Part shown: piece by piece, positions 36,054 to 46,200 of the stretch
How positions within the stretch are numbered: position 1 is the stretch's first letter
Layout of the letters: each line of letters begins with the position of its first letter
From: a bacterium
Lineage (GTDB): Bacteria > Patescibacteriota > Microgenomatia > Levybacterales > UBA12049
Length of the DNA: 64,000 nucleotides
Direction of reading: 5' to 3'
Assembly: GCA_021777565.1 (NCBI GenBank)
Contig: JAJYDJ010000001.1
Span: forward strand, 88,431-152,430
Translations under genes and position numbers: made by a program
The notes under the pieces: generated by a model
The model's input: the letters and a program-made list of their open reading frames with translations, nothing else
Database searches by the model: none
Told to the model about the DNA's origin: nothing

Positions 36054-36590
36054 ATGTATAAAAGAAACGCAGGCCAGCTTCGCCACGAACCGGTGAACGA
36101 AGAAGAAAAAAGTAAATTAAAGAAAAATCCTATCTATATTATCTGTGATAACATCTTGGACACATATAATACTGGTTCAATTTTTCGCTTAGCAGATGCA
36201 GTTGCCGCGACAAAAGTATATTTGTGTGGGGTGACTGAAACACCACCAAATACGAGGATAAAAAAAGCATCAATAAATACAACCGAATGGGTAGACTGGG
36301 AATACTGTACAACAACCAAAGAAGCAATTGAAAAAGTGCGCCAGGAAGTCCTAGGGGTGCAAGTGGTAGTCATCGAGCAGGACGAGAAGAGTGTCCCATT
36401 TGATAAGGCAATGTATCAAACACCAGTGGCCTTTGTCGCGTGTAATGAAAGTACGGGTGCGACACCAGATGTTTTGGAAGCAGCAGATCTGATCGTTGAG
36501 ATGCCGATGTTTGGAGTTAATGTGTCGCTTAACGTAATGGTAAGTCTGGGGATAGTGCTCTATATGGCCGTGAGTAAATTGGAATTCTAA
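36054..36590 (+). CDS. SpoU/TrmH-family RNA 2'-O-methyltransferase (SPOUT)
   Basis: 'NTGSIFRLADAVAA', 'VIEQDEKSVP', 'NESTGATPDVL...VNVSLNVMVSLGIVLY'; TATACT-N6-ATG (ORF-track TTG at 36015). Confidence 0.75.
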   Translation: MYKRNAGQLRHEPVNEEEKSKLKKNPIYIICDNILDTYNTGSIFRLADAVAATKVYLCGVTETPPNTRIKKASINTTEWVDWEYCTTTKEAIEKVRQEVLGVQVVVIEQDEKSVPFDKAMYQTPVAFVACNESTGATPDVLEAADLIVEMPMFGVNVSLNVMVSLGIVLYMAVSKLEF

Positions 36591-37882
36591 TTCCCGAGTA
36601 GTGCAACAGTTCTTCTAGCTATAGCTGGTGCCGCATACATCTGCATGGTTCTTTCTCGAAGTGCCTGAGTATCAAGGGCAGGCTTGCCACTTGATAGGTA
36701 GTTGTGAATTCTTTGAGCTATATCAGCGTGGAGCACTATACTCGGGAGCACGAGTGCATTATAGTCGGTTGTTTCCATCATCGCGGGGTCTGTAGATATG
36801 GCCGCAGGGCATCCACAAAGGGCTGCTTCCAGTGGGGTCAGACTAAACCCTTCATTGGTAAACAACGCCAAAAGAAGATCAGAATGTTGAAAAAGCCATG
36901 GCATATAACTCCATTCAACCCCCCCTAAAAATAAGAGTGAACAGGTCTGAGGGTCAGTCTGATGGATAAGCTCTTGAATACGTTGCCAATAGAGTACATT
37001 CTCAGGTTTTCTCTCATCCGGCGTCCCAGTGACAATGAGTGCCACATGTCGTCCATACCGTTTCTGATATTCCTGGCAGACCGCTATGGCATGCTCGATC
37101 CCTTTTTGACCTACGATACGTGCGGGTACCACAATACGCAGCGCATCATGATCACCAAAAAGAATTTGTTCTGCCATCTGTTCAGTCTGTGGGAGCTGGT
37201 AGTGCGCGGTAAATTCGTGAAATGCTGGGGCTAACTCGGTAATAGTGTGTGGTGCCGGATGTACGGCTGCCAAGAATTGATCATCTATCGGATTACCAAT
37301 AACCTCAATGTGATAGTCAGGGACATGCGCCCCCTGGTCTCTCATCTTCTCTAGTTGGTCCACAAATTGTGCCCTTCGTGTTTCACTAATAAGTGCAATA
37401 CGGGTGCCATCAACGGTAGGGAGAAGGCGTTGGAGTTGCTCGGTACTGGCTCGTCTGGCATCATGGACCCAGAGCACCACTGGTTCGCCACCATCTCGTT
37501 CCCTTTGATCTGCCATTTCTGCCATGGCAACGCCAAAGGGAGGATTATGCCCGGCAGCATTGGTCGTATTATGGGCAATAACAGCTCCACCCCCAGAGAT
37601 ATCTTCAACTTGATCAACAATTCTGGCCACTGTTGCTGGGTCTACATCAGTTTGTCCAGCTGCCCAGGTTGGGTGGGCAGCACTACGAATATCGGGAACG
37701 ACGACGATGTCGTGGCTCTCTGGATCAGAATGGTCTGTTGCGCCAACAATTAATGTGGTGTGAATTCCTTCTGCTTGCAGCAGTTCCCGTTGGGTTGCAA
37801 TGACGCGCTCGACACCAGGAAGGGCACTGCCTGCTTGGTGGCCGTTGGATGAAAAGTGTGCGATAGATACTTCTTCTGTCAT
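36587..37882 (-). CDS. Glycosyltransferase family 4-like
   Basis: EX7E motif 'EGFSLTPLEAALCGCP'. Confidence 0.7.
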   Translation of the reverse strand: MTEEVSIAHFSSNGHQAGSALPGVERVIATQRELLQAEGIHTTLIVGATDHSDPESHDIVVVPDIRSAAHPTWAAGQTDVDPATVARIVDQVEDISGGGAVIAHNTTNAAGHNPPFGVAMAEMADQRERDGGEPVVLWVHDARRASTEQLQRLLPTVDGTRIALISETRRAQFVDQLEKMRDQGAHVPDYHIEVIGNPIDDQFLAAVHPAPHTITELAPAFHEFTAHYQLPQTEQMAEQILFGDHDALRIVVPARIVGQKGIEHAIAVCQEYQKRYGRHVALIVTGTPDERKPENVLYWQRIQELIHQTDPQTCSLLFLGGVEWSYMPWLFQHSDLLLALFTNEGFSLTPLEAALCGCPAAISTDPAMMETTDYNALVLPSIVLHADIAQRIHNYLSSGKPALDTQALRERTMQMYAAPAIARRTVALLGN

Positions 37883-37908
37883 ATATGAAAAATGTTTCTG
37901 ACGACTTG

Positions 37909-39258
37909 TCAGCGGATATACGAGGTTAGGTTGTGGGCAAGGAGTGTATCATCATGGTATTTCTTTGCCAGGGCATAATTGCGGGTGGCAAGGGCTTCTA
38001 AACTCACAGGGTCCTGTAAATGAGCAAGTGTGGCACGTGCTGCAAAAGTAAGCACCCGTTTTGGGACAAGGAAAAATTGATCTTTCTTTTCTACGGTGTG
38101 CCCGAGGGACACGTATTCATACCCTTCTGGCTGAATGTCACTTAAGAATACCGGATACTCAAAAAGTACGGTTAGTTTTTTGAAATAAAATGCTTCAAGG
38201 AGTTGGTTCCCAAACCCTTCCCAGATAGACGTATAGGTAACGATATCTGCAATCGGGTAACTATCCCAGAAGGAATACTCATTTTCTTTTGGTTTTCGAT
38301 CAACTGAAGTGAGGACATCGCTAGCCCACAGGATATTGACGTGAAGTCGTTTGGCAAGCATATCTAGTTGTGCTTGATAATCAGATTCGGCTGCTTCTAC
38401 AAAATTTGGGAGCACAAGCCATACCTTGTTTTTTGTGGTAAATGGACGAGCGAGGATATGTACTGGCATCTCTTCTCTGAGAACTTTCTCGAACTCACTG
38501 GTAAAATAGATCGCATTCTCAATTGCCTTGCGCCTGGCGATTCGAGTTGCATGTAAAATAACGACGTCATTAGGTCCGATACCGAGTTTTTTTCTTACTG
38601 CGGCCTCTCGTGTTGGATTTGGTTTATATGGTGTTTTGTAGTCAAAGTAGTCTGCGATACAGTGGGCACTGATAGAACGTCTTTTCAAAAGTTCTTTTTC
38701 TGCCAGTGAGTTTATGACTTCATGGGCTTTGATATACGGTCGTTTTGGAGGAAGTTCAGTCAGAATATTTTGTATAAATGGATATGGGGAGTGTGAGAAC
38801 CGCTCTCTCTCAAACCAAAAATCATGATGAAGGGCAACGACTGGGGTTTTGAGCTCATCTAAGGCCTTAATGACTGCCGTTGTGCCAGGGAGGTTATAGG
38901 CATGTGAGAAAAGATTATGGATAAAAATCAGGTCTGGTTTTTCTTTTTTGACTAACGCCAAAAACTTCTTATATATTTTTTCTTCAAGTTCACGATACCT
39001 CTGTACGAGGTCTTGTTCAGAGACTTTGCCATCGCCAAACATAATTTCACGAATATTGGTGATCTCCGGATTTTTCAAGTCCAGCTCAGGAATAATGCAG
39101 GTACTTTTTCTCTTTAATCCATCAACTCCGGCGCAGAGAACGACTTTGGTATTCAGCTTTTTGAACGTACGAGCTCGCTTCTCAATCTCGAGGCTAACTC
39201 CGTCCCGTTCACCGATGCGGTAGTGCACAATAAGGACCCTCTGAGAAGGTTTTTTCAT
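37909..39258 (-). CDS. Glycosyltransferase family 4-like
   Basis: 'EGFGNQLLEAF' EX7E-type motif; start at the ATG (MKKPSQ) at 39258. The ORF track extends to 39495. Confidence 0.7.
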   Translation of the reverse strand: MKKPSQRVLIVHYRIGERDGVSLEIEKRARTFKKLNTKVVLCAGVDGLKRKSTCIIPELDLKNPEITNIREIMFGDGKVSEQDLVQRYRELEEKIYKKFLALVKKEKPDLIFIHNLFSHAYNLPGTTAVIKALDELKTPVVALHHDFWFERERFSHSPYPFIQNILTELPPKRPYIKAHEVINSLAEKELLKRRSISAHCIADYFDYKTPYKPNPTREAAVRKKLGIGPNDVVILHATRIARRKAIENAIYFTSEFEKVLREEMPVHILARPFTTKNKVWLVLPNFVEAAESDYQAQLDMLAKRLHVNILWASDVLTSVDRKPKENEYSFWDSYPIADIVTYTSIWEGFGNQLLEAFYFKKLTVLFEYPVFLSDIQPEGYEYVSLGHTVEKKDQFFLVPKRVLTFAARATLAHLQDPVSLEALATRNYALAKKYHDDTLLAHNLTSYIR

Positions 39259-39370
39259 AGATACATTATACAAGAAATAAAACCCGTCGCATGACACTCG
39301 ACAGCGACAAATTCCTGACAATCTGACAAAATTGAAAAAGAAGCATGAAAAATCGTATAATATGGCTACC

Positions 39371-40663
39371 ATGGAAGACTTCATGCCTGAATTGAGATAT
39401 CCTCTCTCATTCCGAGAAGAAGACGCGGCAAAACTCGGGGAACTTCTCCAGCAGAATAAATCAGTAGAACTAATTGGTATGAAGCGAGTGGGCATCAGTA
39501 ACTTTCTTCAATTTTTTGTATTTCACAAAGGGATACAGGCAAAATATTTGGCTGAGCATACGCACCCATTATGTGTCTTGGTTGACCTGAACGATTTAGT
39601 CGAGCGTGAACTTTTTGCATTTTGGAGACTTCTGCTAAAACGTATTGTTGACGCCGCGGAGGATGAACCACACTTAGATAAAGAAGTTGTGAAGAGAATG
39701 CATACTATTTTCCTCGAGTGTATACAGACGGGGGATTCATTCATGACCTATGATGGGGTGAAAGAATGTATTACCCTTTTGGCTCAACAAAAAAGGTACA
39801 TAGTCCTTTTCTTTAATCGCTTTCACCGCCTACATGACTCAATGTCACTTGAATTTTTCCACAACTTATTAAGCTTGCAGAATGCATCACAAAAAAGACT
39901 TTCATTTGTTTTTACCAACTATAGACCACTCTCTTACATGCTTGGGGATATGTTTGTAAAAAACAACATTACCTTCCCGACGATCCTGACAGTAAAGCCT
40001 GCAAAGACAAAGGATATGCATGTTGTTCTCAAAAGTCTCGAAACGCAGTATCGTCTGGAGTTGGAACCACATATTCGTGAAGCTATTCTGACTCAGTCAG
40101 GTGGGCATATTTATTACCTCACGATTGCCTGTATTCTCTTGAAAGAACTCGAGGGCAAATCAGGTATTACTGCTGATCAAATCATAGAGCTTCTTCGACA
40201 GGACGAACGCGTGAAATCTCTCTCTGAAGAACTGTGGGAAAGCCTCTCTTCTAAAGAACAACAGGTATTTATGAAAATGCTTAAAAAAGAGTCGATCACA
40301 GCAAGCGACAAGCAAGCTGCAGCGTACTTGTGGGATATGGGATTTATTGTTGGTACCACCACCGTCTTTAGTCCATTATTCTCACATTTTGTCCTTTCGC
40401 AAAGAACTGTTGCGGAGGAAAATGATATGACCTTTACCAAAAAAGAAGCACTTCTTTTTGAGGCACTCAGAAAAAGAGTTTTTGAAGTATGTACCAGAGA
40501 GGAAATTATTGATGAAGTTTGGCCTGAATACAAGGCCTATGGTATTTCAGATTGGTCAATTGATAGGCTTATCTCGAGGGTCAGAGTAAAGCTAAAAAAA
40601 CAAAATAATCCGTATGAAATTTTGACTATTAGAACGCGTGGATATAGATTGGTAACCGTTTAA
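39371..40663 (+). CDS. ATPase-domain protein with C-terminal OmpR/PhoB-type winged-helix DNA-binding domain
   Basis: C-terminal 'LFEALRKRVFEVCTREEIIDEVWP...DRLISRVRVKLKK...RGYRLV' is a trans_reg_C signature; N-terminal P-loop-like 'GMKRVGIS'. Start uncertain (39332 TTG, 39362 or 39371 ATG). Confidence 0.55.
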   Translation: MEDFMPELRYPLSFREEDAAKLGELLQQNKSVELIGMKRVGISNFLQFFVFHKGIQAKYLAEHTHPLCVLVDLNDLVERELFAFWRLLLKRIVDAAEDEPHLDKEVVKRMHTIFLECIQTGDSFMTYDGVKECITLLAQQKRYIVLFFNRFHRLHDSMSLEFFHNLLSLQNASQKRLSFVFTNYRPLSYMLGDMFVKNNITFPTILTVKPAKTKDMHVVLKSLETQYRLELEPHIREAILTQSGGHIYYLTIACILLKELEGKSGITADQIIELLRQDERVKSLSEELWESLSSKEQQVFMKMLKKESITASDKQAAAYLWDMGFIVGTTTVFSPLFSHFVLSQRTVAEENDMTFTKKEALLFEALRKRVFEVCTREEIIDEVWPEYKAYGISDWSIDRLISRVRVKLKKQNNPYEILTIRTRGYRLVTV

Positions 40664-42324
40664 TTCCTCTGAGTAACTACGTAGTAAGGGTCTGATTTCA
40701 CATCATCCAACCAGTAAAAAATCTTCACCACGTGTGCATCCTTGAGATTAAGATCGCCAAGGTGAATACCACAATACACTGACAGTGATCCAGTCGGCAT
40801 CGTTTTGGTATCGATATATCCCGGGAACAAGGTAATCCCAGAAACAGTTCCTGTTGGGGGAACCATCTCGTCATACGCATCAAAGGGACTAATGCGATAA
40901 TTACTAAATCGTTCTGTTTTGAATGCATTATTCCAGGTGATCATATCTTTGCTTGGAAGGTTGGCAAAATACCACAGGTGCAGCGCGTCATTACCCCAAT
41001 TCTGGCAGGTGTGATCGTTGAGGAAATAAATTTTTTGTGATGGATTTTTTTGTAATTGTAAACGAATAAACTGTCCGAGTCGTGTCTGTGCAGGGGTAAA
41101 CTCTGCCACAGAAGTTGTTCTGAAATGTACAAAATAAATGTGAGCAAAAAGTCCCGCTTGATAGACAAAAAGCAGTGTCACACATCCCCAGAAGAAAGTT
41201 TGGAAAAGTAATTTCTGTTTGGCCATTCTCTCCATAATCCAAAGCACACCAAAACTAATAACAATCGGCAGTGAGATAGTCATGAGTGGCACGATGCGGG
41301 TTGCGTAAGGGGTTTGAGACGTCAGTGCTGAAGGGAAACCGGCAATCAGTGTAAACGTTACAAGAAACATCCAAGACCACTGTTTGATTGAAAAGTTTTT
41401 GATGACATACCAAAGTCCAACGAGATATGGCACAAAAAGAAATTGTAAAAATATGCCATTCTCTTTTGTCCCATGGCGATAGGCAAAGACAACGCCTTTA
41501 TCAAAAAGAAGTTCCAGATTCCAATTGCGAAGAAGTGAGGTTGAGATACTATTGATACGATCTGTAAGATACGCCCATCCTTTCAGGTCAGTATTCCCCA
41601 TAAGGTAACTTAACGGCCGGCTGTCAAGTTTGGCAAAAATCAGGGATGGAAGAAAGCTGATGACATTGGCAAGCATAAATCCGGCGAGTAACAACCAGAC
41701 CTGTTTTTTCTTTCTTTCACGGATAAACCAAATAGCCAGTAACAGAACAGTAAAAACTGGCAAGATGAAACGTGGCGCAGGATAGGTCCAGTTGGCGACA
41801 AAAAGTGCGGCAAGCCCGAGTGGGATCCAGAGTCTGAGTTTCACCTTGTTTAAAATTTGCCAGAGAGCGACGAGGTAGAGAAGAATAAAAAATGTTGCAA
41901 AGGTGGTCTCGTAGGCAATACGCGCAAAATGAATCGCGAAAAGACTCAGTGAGAGCATGCTCATGCTGATCCATGACAAGTCTTTCTTCTCAGGGAACAA
42001 CAAGCGCACAAAGTAACCAAGTAAAAAGATGGTGGCAATAGAAGCCAGAAGGGAGGGGAGGCGGATAGCCAAAAGGGTTGGACCCAGAAAACGATAGCTT
42101 AGCGCTGCTGCATAAATATATCCTGGAAGTTTATAATCTGTCGCGTCTTCAAAGACAAACGGGAAGGCTCTTCCATATTGGTCAGTCCCATTCTCAATGA
42201 GTGATTTGGCATCAACTGCCATGTTGATTTCATCAATAAAAAATCCACCAGGGAGAGAGTTGACCTGATAGAGCCTGAATGCAATACCGATACCAATAAG
42301 AATAATAAAAATTAACTTCTTCAT
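40660..42324 (-). CDS. GT-C fold membrane glycosyltransferase (GT39/GT83, PMT/ArnT-like)
   Basis: N-terminal 'YQVNSLPGGFFIDEINMAVDAKSL' DE motif in loop 1; 10 or more TM helices. Confidence 0.7.
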   Translation of the reverse strand: MKKLIFIILIGIGIAFRLYQVNSLPGGFFIDEINMAVDAKSLIENGTDQYGRAFPFVFEDATDYKLPGYIYAAALSYRFLGPTLLAIRLPSLLASIATIFLLGYFVRLLFPEKKDLSWISMSMLSLSLFAIHFARIAYETTFATFFILLYLVALWQILNKVKLRLWIPLGLAALFVANWTYPAPRFILPVFTVLLLAIWFIRERKKKQVWLLLAGFMLANVISFLPSLIFAKLDSRPLSYLMGNTDLKGWAYLTDRINSISTSLLRNWNLELLFDKGVVFAYRHGTKENGIFLQFLFVPYLVGLWYVIKNFSIKQWSWMFLVTFTLIAGFPSALTSQTPYATRIVPLMTISLPIVISFGVLWIMERMAKQKLLFQTFFWGCVTLLFVYQAGLFAHIYFVHFRTTSVAEFTPAQTRLGQFIRLQLQKNPSQKIYFLNDHTCQNWGNDALHLWYFANLPSKDMITWNNAFKTERFSNYRISPFDAYDEMVPPTGTVSGITLFPGYIDTKTMPTGSLSVYCGIHLGDLNLKDAHVVKIFYWLDDVKSDPYYVVTQRN

Positions 42325-42881
42325 TGTTTTCTTTGTAAACGCTTCAACACGTCTGCAATACCAAAAAATTCAAATGCACGAAGCATAATAACGAGCGGAA
42401 TAAGTTTGACTGGATTTTGATAGGGCAAAAAAAGTGCTGCTGCCAGGACAGAAAGAAGCAGGAGAAGTGGGACAATTTTTGGAAGACGTTTGAAGTCTCG
42501 AATCCATGCCACCAGCGCGATCAAGAAAAAAGGAAGTTCAATTGCCGGTAGTATGGGGGTTGATGATTCATTATCACGTGCATAAAAACTCAGTGGCGTC
42601 AGAGAGTAGAGATAGGAAAGATCAGTCACCTGAGAAATGTTCACAAAATAATCTTCAAGAAACAGGGTTGCCTTGTTATGAAACACTCTCGTGAGGAGTA
42701 CCTGGGAAGAGTCGTGGTCAAAATTGGTCATGATGCCGATACGTGCAGTGACAGAACTATCTTTCAAGAAAAATGTTAGATGATCATGCCAGGCGGTTTT
42801 CGGGATAGCAACAACATACCACGCAGTCGTTATCAAAAGAAATACAGTCAAAAGTATGCCTTTCATAGTGGGGTATGTCAC
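42321..42881 (-). CDS. Membrane protein, co-transcribed with the GT-C enzyme
   Basis: Stop/start overlap with 40660-42324; multiple TM helices. Confidence 0.5.
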   Translation of the reverse strand: MTYPTMKGILLTVFLLITTAWYVVAIPKTAWHDHLTFFLKDSSVTARIGIMTNFDHDSSQVLLTRVFHNKATLFLEDYFVNISQVTDLSYLYSLTPLSFYARDNESSTPILPAIELPFFLIALVAWIRDFKRLPKIVPLLLLLSVLAAALFLPYQNPVKLIPLVIMLRAFEFFGIADVLKRLQRKQ

Positions 42882-42981
42882 TAGTGTCCCATATTTCTGG
42901 CATGAAGAAAAGAGGAGTAACTTGTGATCTACTTCACATTTGTTGACAAATACGTTACTGTTGAGAGAGACCCGAGAGGTG

Positions 42982-43200
42982 GTGATACGTCTGAAAAATT
43001 TTAAATTTACTTGTACTTGTGGGCAAATCGTTATCGTTCAAGCTGACAGTAAGGAAGAGGCACTCTTAAAGCTCATGGAAGTGGTCGATACTGATCTGGT
43101 AAAGCATATGAGCGAAAAACATCCTGGTGAACCAATCCCACCGGTGAGAAATGCAAAGGAATATGTGGATGAACATACGGTTGAAGTGATCGAGGAATAA
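42982..43200 (+). CDS. DUF1059-like small metal-binding protein
   Basis: 'FKFTCTCGQIV...HMSEKH' Cys/His pattern; GTG start with GAGAGG SD-like sequence (ORF-track 42940 non-ATG). Confidence 0.5.
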   Translation: MIRLKNFKFTCTCGQIVIVQADSKEEALLKLMEVVDTDLVKHMSEKHPGEPIPPVRNAKEYVDEHTVEVIEE

Positions 43201-43204
43201 CAAC

Positions 43205-46200
43205 TTATCCTAGATATGATGGACTTTTAATATCACGTAAATACGTGAGCAATTTGGAGAATGAAATAGTAGCAACTCCCACACGGGTATCTGCGGCGCC
43301 ATAGTAAATATACAGGGTATCGTCTTTCACGACTGCACCACACGGGAAGACAACGTTATTCACGATCCCTGAAATCTCATACTGCTGATCTGGTTCCATA
43401 ATAGGCCATGGCGTGCGAGAAAGGACAATTGATGGGTCTTTCAAATCCAGAAGCATCGCCCCAACACGGTAAATATGGCTTAATTTACTCACGCCATGAT
43501 AGAGAAGCAGCCACCCATCTGGTGTTTTGATAGGCGGAGCACTGACACCAATTTTTTCACTATCCCAAGAATCTCCACGTGGGGGGATATAGGCATGGGT
43601 ATGCATCCAGTGGGTGTCATCAATTTGAGTGAAATCCTCGACAAAGCTCAATGCGATAGAGTTTTGCAGTCTATGAATCACACAGAATCTTTCACCAAAT
43701 TTTTCTGGAAAAAGTGCGGCATCTTTGTCATCAATTCCTGGCGGAGATAACAGAATTGGATCAGCCCAGTTATATTCGCGAGCGTGAAAATTGTCGATAC
43801 TTATCGATGTGAGCGCGACGCGGGGAGGTTCAACACCATTGTAGGCAGTGTAGGTAAGGTATAAGGTCTTATCAACGATCGTTGCTCGTGGGTCTTCACA
43901 CCCTGAATTATTGCCAGGATTTTTCTTGCGCTCAAATTCGGCACGAGGTACATAAATTGGGATTTCGCCACGTTTACTAATAGTAAGTCCATCTTTGGTA
44001 TCAGCATGACCAAGCACAGAGGTATTGTCTGTCGACATTGCCCGATACAAAATATGCAGTTCCTTATCTCTCGCAGCAGTACAATCTTCTGGGCTGATAC
44101 AGATGACAGCTGGATTAAAGACTGCTTTCTCTTCCCATTGATGCTCAGGTATTGGTGATAACAGTGGAGTGTCATATTTTTTTACACGGATTGGGACAAC
44201 GGCATTGGTACGCATATGGGCATACACATCATCAATATCAAAAGTGGCTAGCGCGCAGTACTGATCCGCAGCACCATAGTAAACATATAGAAGTCCACTG
44301 ACTATTGCAGCACCTGTTGGGAAGACAACTCGTGGTGCAATACCATTAATCTCATACGTCGCCTCAGGAGTAAGAATAGGACTTTCTGTCCAGGCAATAA
44401 TATTGTATGGGTTGTTTAGATCAAGAAGGACTGCCTCCACACCTAGGATACGTTTATCGGGCCTATCATAATGTTGCATGTGGCTGTAAATAAAAAGCCA
44501 TCCTTTTTCTGTCTTGATCGGGACTGCGCCAACTTCTACCTGGTCTGAGGTCATACGTCTCACAGGAAGGATGTGTTTATCAAGCTCGCGATACCACTGA
44601 TTCCAGTACATCTCGTCCCACATGTCTTCTTTTTTGTCGAAAGTGGCAATACAAATTTGATCGGGCTTTGGTGGCACATCCGTGTCAACGGTCAAAAGAG
44701 CAACATACTTCCCATTAATTTTCTCTGATAAAAGTACCATGGCTTTGGCATTAAATGGCGTAATAAGATGTTTCTCAGGTTTTCCAGAAAGGTCAGTGAA
44801 GAGAGCAAGGCCAACTTTAATGTTATCCGGGCCATAGGGGAATCCACCCAGAGCCGTGTAGAAGACAAAATACTCATTATCCACTTTACAGATACGAGGG
44901 TCTTCACACCCATATCTGTCCCAATCCTCAGACGGGACAACAAGCTGTCGTCGACGAGTGAAGTGAATACCATCTTTGGTGTCAGCAATGCCAACGGTGC
45001 GCAGATTCAGTTTATGACCTTCATAGTCCTGCTCAGCACTGTCTGCACGGTAGACAAAGCGCACTGCATGAGGCTCAATGAGTATTGATCCATTCATTGT
45101 CCCTTGGGCTTCCCATGGATGCTCTGGATCAGGAGAAAGAATAGGATTTTGGGTACTTCGTGCTGCCTTTTTGGTATCAAAGAGTGACTGAATAATCGGG
45201 TGGCTCAATTTTGCTACTTCAGAATATTTCAGCTCAGAGAGGAACTGTTCGAGATTGGCTGTCGCGACACAGACATGCCAATCAGCGCCACCATAGTATA
45301 CGTATAACGTGTCGCCGATCACGACTGCTCCACAGGGATAGACGACGCCACCTTTAAAGCCTTCCCATTCATACCAGGCTTCTGGTTCAAGAATAGGTGC
45401 CTTACTTCTGGCAATCACTTTTGTAGGATCATCAAGGTCCAGAAGCATTGCCCCGACCAGATATCGTCCGGCTCCTTCTTGATCACACGTGCCATGATAA
45501 ATCAGAAGCCATCCATCTTTTGTTTTGATAGGAGGTGCACCAGCGGCAATTTTACGACTGTCCCACATATCAGGACGGGGAGAGATTTTAAATTCACCTT
45601 TAAGGAAATTATCCTTCCCATCAAATTCCAGACTGTCGACAAAGTCAATCAAAATGTCAGGGAAGATGCGGTGCATGACGACATATTTACCGTTTACTTT
45701 CTCTGGGAAAATAACGGCATTTTTATCAATGACCCCAGGAGGGGAGATGAGGACTGGCTTTTCCCAGAGCCAGCGTTTGTTAAGAAAATCTGCTGCTGCG
45801 ATAGAGGTGAGAGCGATACGAGGTTGGTCATAGCCGTTAAAGGCCACATAGGTCATGTAGAATCTATCACCAATGCGCGTAATGCGAGCGTCTTCGACAC
45901 CACCACAGCCACCGGCTGACATGTACTCTGTTACGACTTCTTCAGGCTTTATATATGGTGTGTACTCAAATGGCTCACTCGGACGATAGATTGGTTCTTC
46001 AAGTCTTTCATCAATATGGATACCGTCACTACTGGACGCATATCCCACTACTGATACCCAGTCATCTCCTTGTGCACGGTAGAGAATGTGAACTTTGCCA
46101 CTGTCATAGATTGCGGCGGGGTTAAAGGTGCCATGAGATTCCCAGGCGGTGGGCTGTGGCGCGATGAGCGGATTGGTTTCAGGACGTGCAAGATGCAAGG

